From positions 5,270,001 through 5,334,000 of the forward strand of contig CDPCPM010000016.1 in assembly GCA_976551045.1 (NCBI GenBank): a DNA stretch of 64,000 nt, in the 5' to 3' direction. Positions within the stretch are counted from its first letter, which is position 1, and each line of letters starts with the position of its first letter. Under the pieces are notes generated by a model, which did not search any database, was not told the origin of the DNA, and saw only the letters and a program-made list of their open reading frames with translations. The translations under genes and the position numbers were made by a program. The stretch comes from Glaucostegus cemiculus (taxonomy: Eukaryota). Below are positions 24,951 through 37,765 of this stretch, piece after piece.

Positions 24951-27900
24951 ATTCTCCTGAAACAGAACTCTATTGTTGGGCCATCAGTGGGGGATTTTAT
25001 AGTTTGGTCAAATCAGGGTTCATCAGACCATTATTGCTAGTTGGGAGCTCCACCACTTTGCCCAAAAATGAGCAACAAAGAGTAGAAAGACAGCAAAAAA
25101 AACTGAATGCTGTTGCTTTCTGAATGAATTTCTCAAATTAGTGCAAGTGTCATACAAGATATAATCAAACAAAAGTTTCATTATTAGCCTTTTCATGTCA
25201 AGGCAGAATATCACTGCCCTCACTGCACAACCTGTACCCCCTAATGAGTCCCACCTCTTTATTCATCCCTTCCAACATAAACTCCATCCTCAATCCAAAT
25301 AAAGCTTCTTTTCTGCAGGATCAGCCTGTATTTCACTACCTGTGGATGTGATCTCATTGCTACTCAGTGATCCATGAGTCACTGGTTGTGTGTCTTTTTC
25401 TTCCTAATCCTGTCCACCTCTCATGTTCCTCCAGTGAGAAGTGACAACGAGATGAATGGATCCCAACTACCTCCAATGGAAATGATTAGTCAGTTCCTAA
25501 TAATCTGAGGATAACACTTCAAGTGATGGCATCCTATTTATTGATGAAGAGATTTTGTTTTCAATAACTGCTGCAATCATTGGAGTGAGGAGGCATAGAT
25601 ATTGGAATACGCTATGCCCTTAGAGACAGGAGCAATGACTGTCCCAAATCAGTACTTCTGCTTCACCACCACCCTCTAGAAACTTGCATGTGGAAACTTT
25701 TAGAAGGGAATAAAATAATCATAGTTAATCCAAAGGTCTGAATTGATGTAAGTTGAAGATCCACAGCACCAGTCAAAATATTTGTCAGAGATGCTAAGGC
25801 ATAGAGCCTAGACCAGGGCATCCTCCACAATAAATGGAGAAGCGTTGCACCATCCTCAGTTGCCTGCAGCTCAGCATGGCAGACACAAACAATCATGTTC
25901 CTCCTTCCAGAAGCCAAAATTGTATAAGGTGTGTGGCACAGTTTTAAATTACCCCATGTATTCCTGCTTTTGAACTGCACCAGAACATGTTAAGCTAAAC
26001 CTATGAAGTTCAAACTCCTTGGCACAAGAGTTGACAAAGCTCTTATACTCAGCCTCATCTTCCTCATAATTCCATCCACATGTTTATAACTGCTCAGTGC
26101 CTCATCAAACATTACCTCTGCCAACCTCTCGACCCCACCTAAAGTGGACATATCCATGCTGATGCATTCCATTATGTTTTCTTTAATTACGTTTTTGTTA
26201 TGTATGTTCAGCAAAATGACCTATTACTTATTATCCATGCATTCACCTTGTGTTGAACATTTCCTTCCTCTTGCCAGAATCTTAAAATCATGTTGATTAT
26301 AAAATAAAGAACTACATAGCAAAGCATTGTTGCTTGTTGAAATTTAAATTTTGTTGTAACTTTTCTCTAAAAGGCCAATTGTTTGTTGCATCTACAACAT
26401 GGAAGAACTCCATCACTTTTTAACTAATTTATATATTTTAAATGCATTTCCAGTTGCTGATTGAAGGAAGAATTATCAATACATTGTACCAGTTCTGTTG
26501 TTACATCCACTACTAATGTAGAGGAAGGGGGAAAGAAGTTAAGCAAGTCATGTCTTACAGATGGATCAACACAAGGAATCACAAAGAAGATGCTGTGTGA
26601 TAACAGTGTGACACTTGTAAAGATAAGAATAATTTAGATCAGGATGTGTGCAAGCTTAATTCAATGACAATCCAGCAAATGTGAAATATTGCACTGTAAA
26701 TCAAACTAAGCTTCCATCATATGGCATTCCATACTTTATTTAAGTTTCGACCTCAAGGAAGCAGGCTTGTCCACTAAAAAAGGAATTGTGGAACCAATCA
26801 CACCTTTTATAGTAACTTTTGGACTGTGTACCAGTTGTACAGTTTAATTGATCTTGTTGCAGAAGGCATCCAGTGATCATTTCCTGTGAAATCTCATTTT
26901 GAACCATTTCCTGCATGTGCAGTATATTCTGTACTCATATGTTAAGCTAAAAGACATGGCAATTAATGCTAACATTTCATTATATATCACAGACAATCTG
27001 CTCACAATGTGACAGTCCATATATTTGCATAACTATAGACAAGTTGTTTTTGAATAATACATTTGGGCATAATATTCTTCTTTACAGCTCTATGCTGAGT
27101 AATTGCAACCTATAAACCACTAAAGGTTAAAACAAATTGAGCTGATTTGTCCATTATTAACTGACCCAAAATCAAGGATAAATGTGGTGACTAAAGAAAT
27201 TTAATCAGGTGATAAGGTTGCTGCCTCCTGTTGCTGCCATGACTTCCATCACCCTGTTCAGAATGACTAACATTTGTCCCTCCCAGAGCAGATGTTAATC
27301 GTCTGGTGGGGCCACAGCCAGCTTCCAAGCCAACCTGCCTCACCTAACCATCACTCCCTAAAGATATCTGACAGAAAATGACAGAAGTGCTGGAATAGAT
27401 ATACAAAGTACCAACCTTTTGATCAGAGTTTAGACCTTCCTCTCGTACCAAAATGATTCAATCCACTTTCCAGTGGAATTGAACAAACATTTGAACCCTT
27501 TTTGGGACCCTTCCAGCACCTTAAATCTACATCTGTCCTTTTTGTCACAACATTGTTGATAGCATTGCAGCAATCAGAAGTTTGCAACCGTGCAGTGGCA
27601 CATTGGACATACCACCAAGAATCTTCAAGGAGTAAGAAATTACCTTGCACTATTACCCACTATTACTCTTTCAGGGATCTTCAGGTGAAGGGCACAAGTC
27701 CTACCAAATGCAATGATAATGAAGAAAGGAAGATCCTGTCCATTGAGTTTTTATCCCTCAGGATTTTAAACATTTGGTTGACATTGAGGCAGATAGGCAA
27801 TGCTTCATTAATATTCAGATGCTCTTTGAAATCCATAGTCCTGGCCAAGTTTTTAATCATCTCATGAGTATTGTTTTCTCTAACTAAACATTCATTTCAA

Positions 27901-28039
27901 ATTATTTGCACTTCTGTGAAGGGTTTCTTCTGTGACAACATTGGTATAAAAATGAAAATTATTGTTGCATACTTCAACAAAGTTTTTACTTTAAAAAAGG
28001 TTTCATTCTTAATCAATGTTGAGTTAATTGATCTGACTT

Positions 28040-28331
28040 GATAAAATAAAATCTTTATTAGTCATGTACATCGAAACACAAAGTGAAATGAATTTTTTGC
28101 TTAGTGTTCTGGGGGGCAGCCTGCAAGTGTCACCACGCTTCCGGTGCCAACATAGCATGTCCACAGCTTACTAACCTGTACGTCTTTGGAATATACGAGG
28201 AAACCAGAGCACCCAGAGGAAACCCACGCAGACAAGGGGAGAACGTACAAACTCCTTACAGACAGCGGCGGGAATTGAACCCGATTCACTGGTGCTGTAA
28301 AGCATTACGCTAACTGCTACACTACCGTGCC
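28040..28331 (-). mobile_element. tRNA-derived SINE, same family as 646-940
   Basis: Aligns end to end with 646-940 (tctttattagtca..tgtacatcgaaacaca...ctacactaccgtgcc). Confidence 0.9.
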
Positions 28332-31300
28332 TGCAGGTTGTACCACTGCTTTCTGTAACCCTAGGCTGGGTGTAGATTGGCCAGGGTCTTACTCCTGATT
28401 GCTTTCCAGTGACTCCCACCATGAAACTCAAGCACTCGAATGTTAGTTGAGAACAAGATGGGTTCAGCCATGATGCCTCTGGTAAAATGGCTAGACCAAA
28501 GTAAATGTGAATACCAGTCCATTGGATTGGAATACCAGATGATGGACATCGGCCATTGAACCACAATTCAGCCTATCAGTGACAGGAGACAAGGAAAAGA
28601 GAAAATGAAGGATATGAAATCTCAGAGGTCAAAAATATATGCAATAGTCTATAAAGCTGCAGTTGATTAGTTCATAGGCATCCAGTTTTTCAGATTGTGC
28701 ACATTTGTGGCCTATTAAAAGGTTGTGAACATTATTCAGGATGTGTATGAAGTGCAGATGTGCAAACTTCCTAATGTTTGCTTCAAATTGTGGTTTGCCA
28801 AACCCACAAAATAATTGCAAACTTTTGGGAAAAGCTAGGGCATGGCAGAAATTTAATGTCATTACTTGTGGTACACATACAGTCACTTTTTTGGCATGGG
28901 TGTATTATGGATGATGAAACTTGATCTTACCTTCTACTACAACTGTACTCCATTGCCCACTGAATACCTCCAGACTTACAGTTTTTGTCTTCAATATCTG
29001 GCTACCATATAATTTGGAATTAAATGGTTTAGTTCAACATTTACTGAGGTTCTTTTTTCCTGCTCTCAGTTTTGTGCCAAGTTACTTAGCCAAGAAAAAT
29101 ATCCTGCCTTGTTGTGCCTTTGTATTCAACAGGTAATAAGAGTCAGGAATAAATCTTAAAATGAACTAATTCCCTGTGGTGAAGTCACTTTTTATATTAT
29201 GTTCCCCACTCCTCTTTTCATGTAACACAAATGTTTATTATTTCTCTGGTCAGTGTGTTCTGAAGTTACTTAGTTGTACCATCAAAGATACAGCAGCAGA
29301 TTTTTCTCCAAAGAATTATCTGTGAAGGGTACCGTTAAGATCATGTGAATGATTTCCAAAGCCCACTTCTTTCATTGCTCCTTAACTGAGAATAATATCA
29401 CTGAATTGATTGTCCTTTTGTACCAGGAGATTTACACCTTTAAATCGAACAAGTCATTGGTATAGCAACAATATACAATTGACCTGTTCTAATCCGCAAA
29501 GTAAAAACAGGGTGAAGGTAGGGTCATCCAGCTGGGTATTTTGCCTGTCAGAATTAGATAAATTAATGTAACTGAAGTGATGAACCATGTTTTGTTTTTA
29601 GCCGGGATCAGGCCTGGATTGGCCACCTTACATTCTGGTAGATGCCAAAGGGTCCAATGTGCACAAGGGCTGGTGAGCTGGTCTCAGTGAAAAAATAAAT
29701 GAAACAGCAACTGTAGTCAATGTTAAAGTAACAAACACCCTGTCTGCTACTTGTTTTCAATTATTTGTACTTGCTTCGGTTTGTATCCATTATTTATGAC
29801 ATTACTGTTTTGTTAAATCATGAGAAGCCTCACTTTTTGACAACTTCATCTTGGGCTGGTGTTCTTTAAATACCAGGGTCAATTTTTCGTGCCTTCAGTG
29901 GAATTCAGTTTTGAGGCAGCTGCAACATAGTAACACAAGAAAATGGAGCAAAGTCAACAATACAACCCTTTGTGCCTGCTCTACCATTCAATAATCATAA
30001 CTCAGCTGCCTCTTGGTTGCCAGGTCCCCAGAATCCTCAATATCCTAATGGTCCAAAAATCCATCCAGCTCATCTTTGAATGTATCTAATGACTATTCAT
30101 CAGGGGGGATGCAGAGTGATGGCACCTGCAATCCCTGATTTTTAAATTAATGGTGACTCCTTCCACAGAGTTGAACAAGAATTAGAAAAGTGAAATACAC
30201 ATGCTAGTACAAAATAAAGGAACCTGAATATAGACAATGTGTAAAGTGAGAAAATGTTCCATTCTCCAGAACTGGAATGACTTCCTTGTTCATCACAAAT
30301 ACTTATAAGACATACAGCTATAAAATCTTCATGCCGCCCTTATCTGTCATTAAGTGATAATTGCCCAGAACTTGTTGAGTATGTCCCACTGCCCAGACCT
30401 GTAGCTGAGCTGTACAAGTGTCTCACAGTCGCCTTAGCCATCTCTGCCTTACCCATCTCTCTGAGGAAGAGTTTGGCGATAGCAAGTGCCTACATTTTGT
30501 TCAACAGCATCCTGGCAGGGCTTTGTACAATGTGATGCAACCACAGAGGTGGGTCAAAAATAGCCACACCCCCAAAACAACTGAGGAAGGAGAATAGCAT
30601 GAGAAAATGCACAAGCAGAAGATCAGCCATGATCTTGAGGAATGAAAAGCAGATTCAAAGGGCCAGATGTCCTACTCCTGCTCCTAATTCTTATGTTCTT
30701 ATGTTTCAAAGCTGCTGAGTATTTCTGAAGTTTAAAAATCAAACAATTAAACAAATTAAAAATTATTGAAAACTTTATAAATATCCCTTCAATATCCTTA
30801 AAGCACTTACAAAAGTTAAAGCAAAACCAAATACATGGAACAAGTGTGACCCATGTTATTCATGCCCTTCTTCCTTGCAACCATAATATCTCCATTCAAA
30901 TGAAATGACTAGCAGATATCGGGGCAGATATCCAATCCAATATCGTAAGCAACAGGTTCATACTGCTTCAGTGGATTCTGCAAGCAGCATTATGCAGACA
31001 GGAAGTCCTTGGTGGAGCTCAGTCGATATGTTCACAGACTTTCACTGGCCATGCAGAACCCTTGGCACATCTCTGCAAATTCCACACCAGTTATTTTTAA
31101 GCAGTCTCAAAAATCAGTTTTTTAATAGATCTTTATTCATTATAGATACATTCTGACTACCAAGATATTCTTGTACATTCTGCCAAACTGACTGATCTTT
31201 AAGCAAAGATTTTGATGACCTTACTAAAATTGTCATAACTTACTGCTGTGCAAACTTTCCTTTCAAAATCCAAATATGTCACTCATCCCAACTAGAATAT

Positions 31301-34071
31301 ATAATAGTTCAGTCTTGTTTTCCACCTCGCTGTCAATCAATGTGGAAAAGTTTGGAATAGGACTTTCATTTAATCAAAAAATGTCTTGAAACACTATTCA
31401 GATACTTTCCTTGATCCAGATGTTATGGTTAAATCTTGACAAATGTGTAATTACCTTGCCAAAATATTGATTATTAATTATATTGAGCAGCAGTCAGTCC
31501 GATTAAAGTCTATGCTATAATTGCAGCATTTTTCCATTCAACTATATTGCATGGTGAGATTATAATTATTTACCATGATAGTCAAATACTTTAACACATT
31601 TATGCCAAATTATACTAATTTTGTACAGTGACGATAAATATTTTTTTAAACTGATAAGTAATCAGACAAGCTAATTATATACCACATTAATCAAACGAGT
31701 TGAGAAAATTCACAGAAGAGAGGTACATCATAAAACCCTGAGAGCAAAATAGATAAGGGGCTTCTTAAGTCTCCAGAGGACAGAGTGAAACTAATTCTTT
31801 ATACCTAAAGAATAAGTGAATATTTGCAACTTTATTGAAATCTCTGTCCACTGTATTTAACTTTATTTTAGGAAAAGTCTTTCAGAAGCACAGAATTTTT
31901 TTTGAGAACTAAACTCCAAAGCTTGTCTTCAGGCTGTCATGACCTCACAATTGGTTGCCAGCCAAAATATATTGGAAAAGGAAAATCAATGGTGCCACTA
32001 CACCTACTCCCCTATCCCTCAAGTACTGTGTTACAAACATGAGCTCTGCATGTCACAGAACACTCAGCAGCATTCTGGGCTCAAAAATTCACATGATGAA
32101 TGCAACCTGATTTAAAAGATGTAGCTTCTGTTCCTGGTGCCACCAAACTGCATAGAATTAAAGGGAGGTCAAGTATTACTAATAATAATGGGAAGGTTCC
32201 CATGTCTCTGGTCATGCATTTCTTCCACCAAAAGGAGAGGTGCAGAATCCAACAAAGGTTTCCAGAGTCAGAGGAGAAGAGCTACCCATCCAACATAGCC
32301 CTGGAAATATACATGTCCATCAGCTGCAATAAACTCCTGACAAAAACCCTCAGCATCAGCTGGCACCAGACATCTCAAGTCATTGCCTGTCTGTCAAACT
32401 CACAACAGACTTAGATTGGAAGAGCATCAGAAGCACTAGGATTTTTTAAAAATTTTGGACCTGATCCATTTGTGGATGAAGAATAGTATGCATCATCTTG
32501 TAGACAAAACTGAAACATCCTAAGCAAACTGCTATTTTTGTCTCTGCCCTGACAATGGATCTGACCTGTGTGGTGAGATATAATGATAAAATTACATATA
32601 TTGCAATACAGTACGTAATTTTGATTTGAATAATTTCAACTATTGTACATTCCATGTAAACAAGCTCCTGGGTATACACATGAAAACTTACAGTACATCC
32701 ACTTAAGTAGTTAAGATAATGTTGAATTGATTTGGTCCAAATGTTTTGTCTCAGCATCTAAGCTTCTAATAAATTGCTTAATACTAACTTTATCTCACAG
32801 AGGAATTTTTGCACGATATATGTTTACTTGGAGCCAAGTAGTGCTGTATTTTTCATTCATTAAATGCTCAGTATTTACTGTGTCAGATGGATTCTGTTAC
32901 AAAATTTCTTTGTCTTAATTTGTATTTTCACAAATTTATTCACAAGTTTTAAGCTAACAGCCTCAAAATGTTTTGAAGAATCTGGCTGTGTTTAAATTCT
33001 AGGTCCCTGATGCTTACCAAAGCAATAATATTGCTGGTGAGTAAATCATCTAATGTGCTCTTGGTTAGACAGGCACAGAGGTCAGAACAATCTGAAAAAA
33101 ACAGCATTTTTTTTACCATTTCATGTTTGTAGAAGAAATGTCCCTAGCAACAAATTGTGTCTTTATGAACTTATCCCCAATTTTAATATTGCAAGTCCCT
33201 TGACTTGCCACTTTCATGGAAAACTGGAACCCAAAATGAAGCTAACATTGCAAAATGTATTTAATACAAACAGATTTCCACCTCTATAAATTAATATTTC
33301 TACCCATGACCCATTCAGTTCACATTGGTGTGGCTAACTTTTCCTTGCATTGATGCCAAACATATAACATAGTGATGATGACTTAATAGAAATCAGGTTT
33401 TCCACCAACAGCAAAGCTACCTGAAAAAAACTAACTCTAGCATTGACAGTGGCAACATACAATTTGACCTAAGTCTGCTTCTGAAATTCCACCAAGGAAC
33501 TCTGGCATTCTACCATGTTGCCATTCAAGTGTCTAATGATTGGAAAGTATTGCCTATTTTAACAACACTTTTTCTCAGTGATTTCTTGGGCATTTTTTTT
33601 TTGATAACAGTCACAAATGCTTTGTGGGTACTTGAGTACTGGAAATCCACACACACTTACCACTGCTTGTGTGAACCAGTTGTATCTAAAATTGCCAATT
33701 TCACATTGGGATCTGTACAAGTCTAAGTATATTGTATCTATGAATGAAGTGGTTTCTAAACCCATTTATACAGTCCATGCATGCTCCAGGCAAGGCTCTG
33801 CTCTAGGATCATTGAACTGGAAATGTAAATGTTGTTGCAGTCCTGGCAGTGTGGGAAGAGAATGCATCTTAAAAAGTTAATACATCGTGTTTTCTTAACT
33901 TTCAAACTTCTCACGGGACTCCCCTTTGTTCTTTTTGGCTCTCGAATCCTTCTGGCATAAAAACTGTTACCATGTGTCTTCTTATTCTTCTTCCCAAAGG
34001 CTGATGAAGAAAGCTGCAAACTCCTTCCCACATCATTAACATTTTTTTCTTTGGATTTTCATCTGCAATAG

Positions 34072-34240
34072 GCAGATATCCAATGTCAGAAAATGCTGGA
34101 AACATTCAGCAGGCCAGGCAGCATCTGTACAAGTAAAAAAAAGTGATGTTTCTCTTTCTACAGATGCTACTTGACCTGTTGTGCGTTTCCAGCATTCTCT
34201 GTTATTGTTTCAGATGCCCAACATCTGCAGTTTTGTTTTG
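34072..34240. mobile_element. Short palindromic Penelope-like non-autonomous repeat
   Basis: Arms cagaaaatgctggaaacattcagcaggccaggcagcatctgt and acagatgctacttgacctgttgtgcgtttccagcattctctg are imperfect reverse complements. Relatives at 37627, 48948, 52520 and 59840. Confidence 0.6.
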
Positions 34241-34405
34241 ATTTGTAAATCCAATATCATCCAACTGGGCAGGCATCATAACTGTTGATATAATGCAGAG
34301 CAAGATCTTCTCTAAACCATTTTTAATCCTCCTTTTCTAAATTAATTGATTTGGATAAAATTACCTTGGGTCTCCTGACTAGATTTGGGTTACCTGGGTA
34401 ATCAT

Positions 34406-34945
34406 ATAAGATAAGATTTCTTTATTAATCACATGTACATCGAAACACACAGTGAAATACATCTCCAGTGTTCTGGAGGCAGCCCGCAGTATTGCCACGC
34501 TTCTGGAGCTAACATAGCATGCTCACAACTTCCTAACCTGTACATCTTTGGAATATGGGAAGAAACTGAAGCACCCGGAGGAAACCCACGCAGACACAGG
34601 CACGATAGCGTAGCGGTTAGCGCGACGCTGTTACAGCGCCAGCGATCGGGGTTCGATTCCCGTCGCTGTCTGTAAGGAGTTTGTACGTTCTCCCGTGTCT
34701 GCGTGGCTTTCCTCCGGGTGCTCCGGTTTCCCCCCACATTCTAAAGATGTACGGGTAGGGGGTTTAAAATGGGCAGCGCGGACTCATTGGGCCGAAAGGG
34801 CCTGGTACCACGCTGTAAATAAAATTTTAAAAAATTTAAAATTTAAATTTAAAGAATGTACAAACTCCTTACAGAGAACGGCTGGAATTGAACCTGTGTT
34901 GCTAGCACTGTAATAGTGTCACATTAACCGCTACACTACCGTGCC
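34406..34945 (-). mobile_element. SINE (646-940 family) split into 34406-34598 and 34853-34945 by a nested insertion
   Basis: The two parts rejoin as acccacgcagacaca|agaatgtacaaactcc, collinear with acccacgcagacacggggagaatgtacaaa in the intact copy. Confidence 0.88.
34599..34852 (+). mobile_element. Young tRNA-derived SINE with CR1-type 3' end and (TTTAAA)n tail
   Basis: A box TAGCGTAGCGG (34606-34616), consensus B box GGTTCGATTCC (34650-34660), many intact CpGs. 3' part tgggccgaaagggcctggtaccacgctgtaaataaaa. Confidence 0.88.
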
Positions 34946-36292
34946 TGCGTGGTATCTAATGTGGATTAGATCTTCCACATTTAGACATCTCCAACTAGGT
35001 ATACTTTTTTCCACGGAATGATTTGTTGTTATACTGTATTACTTTCAGGTTGTTGTTGCCGCTGTTATTCACTTTAAGTATTACTTCTTTGTGCAATCTA
35101 AACAGGATACCTGTGCACAGAAATCCAACACAAATGGCTGTCTTAACAAAATGCTTTAAAGTGATATTAGACTTCTTGCATTTGGAATCCAAGTCTACAT
35201 TGTAAAGGCAGCTCTCATCTGCTCTCAACAAACCATTTTCCAAATAAACAGTTGAACACGGTAACTGCTATTTTCAGTTGTCAGCTGTGTTAGTGAAAGA
35301 TTCAACAACTTAAAAGATTACAGGACATCATTACGAGTAATATTTCAGACATTGTTTTAATAGTAACTTAAACAACTGCAAATTTTTATTTGTAGAATAT
35401 TTTATTTGTATCCCAAACAGCTTAACTGAATATCATTTGAATGCATTGTACACAGTGATTAGTTTGGACTGATGCTATGGGGTAATATTTCAAGCTTATA
35501 TTAAAATAATGTTGCTGAATAGAATCACACAGCACAAAAGGACACCATTCCATCCATTGCGTCTTGAGTGACTCTTTGAAAGACATTTCCAATTAGTCCA
35601 TTAGTCCTACTTACCCACTCACACTTTACTCTCAAAGCTCTAGAAATTTTCCTTTTTTATCCAATTCTTTTTCAAAGTTGTTACTTTATCTGCATCTACC
35701 AGCCACTAAGGCAGTACATTTGAGATTATGACAGTCCCCAGTGTAACAAAACTCATCTTGCATCTGGCTCAATTGACAGTCTCTTGCATTCCAGATGCTT
35801 TGACATACTTTGAGACATGCACAGCCTCTTGCCCCTGTGTGCACTTTATGCAATTTGTTGATCTGTCCTAACCTGCATTAAGTTGAAGTGTTTCAATTTA
35901 TGGATAAATATCTAGGTTTTGTAATGATCATTTTATCAAGAAGTCCACTTATTCAGACTGAACTACAATATTTTTCTTCATTTTTTTCCTTTGTCAAAAT
36001 CAAATGAATCTGGGAATGGCAAAGGCTATCATCTTGTTGTATAATCTACAACTGAGAGATTTTTATTGTAACCTCAGGGTGTGCAGCAACAAATGTTTCT
36101 ATTTATGTTCTTATGTTCTAAGTCAGGGGTATAATGGAATAATTTTCACTTGCGTAGATGAGAATAATTCCAAAAGAGCTCAAGGTCCAGCACATAGCAG
36201 CTAACTTGATCACTGGCCCATCCACCATGATGAGCACTCACTCCCTCCACGGTCAGTAGACCATAGCTGCACTGTGAATCATTTGCAAGATG

Positions 36293-36410
36293 AGAACATA
36301 GAACATAGAAAAACTACAGCACAATTCAGGCCCTTCGGCCCACAAAGCCATGCCAAACATGTCCCTACACTAGAAATTACTGGGCATTGGCATTCCCGTA
36401 GCCCTCTATT
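36293..36410 (-). mobile_element. Short CR1 3' end inserted in an older LINE fragment
   Basis: gaacatagaacatagaaaaactacagcacaattcaggcccttcggcccacaa: tail plus the conserved CR1 terminus. Confidence 0.7.
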
Positions 36411-36579
36411 TTAGGCTAAAGAAATTTTCTAACATTTCTCCAATAACATCTTGCATCTCTGCCCCCCCAACCCCCACTTCTTTCCTCTACCACCTGGAAG
36501 GAAAAGGAAAGAAATGTACATGACAACATAGAAAATTTCAAAGATCCCTCCAAGAAGTATACCTGGCTCAAATTTCATG

Positions 36580-37170
36580 GAGTCATACAGCCCAGAAGCA
36601 GGCTCTTTGGCCCACCATATCTACGCCAACTATCAAGCACCTATCTCTACTAGCATGTCACCTGTAGCCTACTGTGCAATGGTGATTCAAGTGCTCATCC
36701 AGATGTTTCTTCAATGTTGTGAGAGAACCTCCCTGCACCACCTTCTTGGGTAGTGCATTCCAGATTGCAAACCATTCTGGGTGAGTTTTTTTCTTCAGAT
36801 CCCTGCTACCTTTCCTTCTGCTCATCTTTAACCAATGCCCTCTGCTCTTAAGTACCTCTAACATGGGAAGAAGTTTCTTACTATCTACCTATCTATTGTC
36901 TCTGATAATTTGGCATACCTCTCTCACGTTCCTCCCTCTGCTCAAAGGAAAACGAGTGCAACTTCTCCAGTCTCCTAATAACTGAAATGCTCCTTCCCAG
37001 GCAACATCCTGGCAAATCTTCTCTGCACCCTCTCCAGTGCATCACATCCTTCCTGGAATATGATGACCAGAACTGCGCACAGTATTACAGCTATGGCTGA
37101 ATCAGTGCTTCATAAAGTTGTACCAAGACTTCCTGCTCTCATACTCTATGTCTTGGCTAATGAAGACAAG
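36580..37170 (-). mobile_element. CR1 LINE 3' fragment
   Basis: SRGHWLK...IWNALPKKVVQGGSLTTLKKHLDEHL (ORF 36658-36864), plus ggcaacatcctggcaaatcttctctgcaccctctccag (reverse strand of the LERVQRRFTRMLP motif). Confidence 0.8.
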
Positions 37171-37568
37171 CAGCCAGCATAATCAAAGACCCCAGCCACC
37201 CAGGACATATTCTCTTCTGTCCTCTTCCATGGGAAGAAGATACAGGAGCCTGAGGGCACGTACCACCAGGCTTAAGGACAGCTTCTACCCCTCTGTTATA
37301 AGGCTATTGAACATACCTATACAATGAGATGGACTATGACCTCACGATCTACCTTGTTGTGACCTTGCACCTTATTGCACTGCACTTTCTCTGTAACTGT
37401 AACACTTTACTCTGTACTGTTATTTTTTTACCTGTACTTCATCAATGCACTCTGTACTAACTCAATGTAACTGCTAATGAAATCCTAATGAATTGACCTG
37501 TACCATCGGTTTGTAAGACAAGTTTTTCACTGTACCTCGGTACGTGACAATAGTAAACCAATACCAAT
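37171..37568 (+). mobile_element. 5'-truncated Rex1/Babar-like element inserted into the CR1
   Basis: GRRYRSLRARTTRLKDSFYPSVIRLLN. The 3' UTR ends ttttcactgtacctcggtacgtgacaatagtaaaccaataccaat. Confidence 0.8.
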
Positions 37569-37626
37569 CCCATGCACACAAACTTATGTTGATGAAAGAG
37601 TTCACTTACAGGAATATATATTTTTT

Positions 37627-37765
37627 AAACTGCAGGTGCTGGAAACCTGAAATAAAAGCAGAAAATGCTGAAAATGCTCAGTCTCCAACCTCAACCATTA
37701 ACTTTGTTTCCCTTTCCATAAATGTGGCCTGACCTGCTAAGTGTTTCCAGCCTTTTCTGTTTTTA
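37627..37765. mobile_element. Short palindromic Penelope-like repeat
   Basis: aactgcaggtgctggaaacctgaaataaaagcagaaaatgctg ... cctgacctgctaagtgtttccagccttttctgtttt. Confidence 0.6.

Noticed and set aside
32100-32414. 104-aa ORF as a gene or transposase fragment
   Set aside because: No recognisable motif or splice structure.
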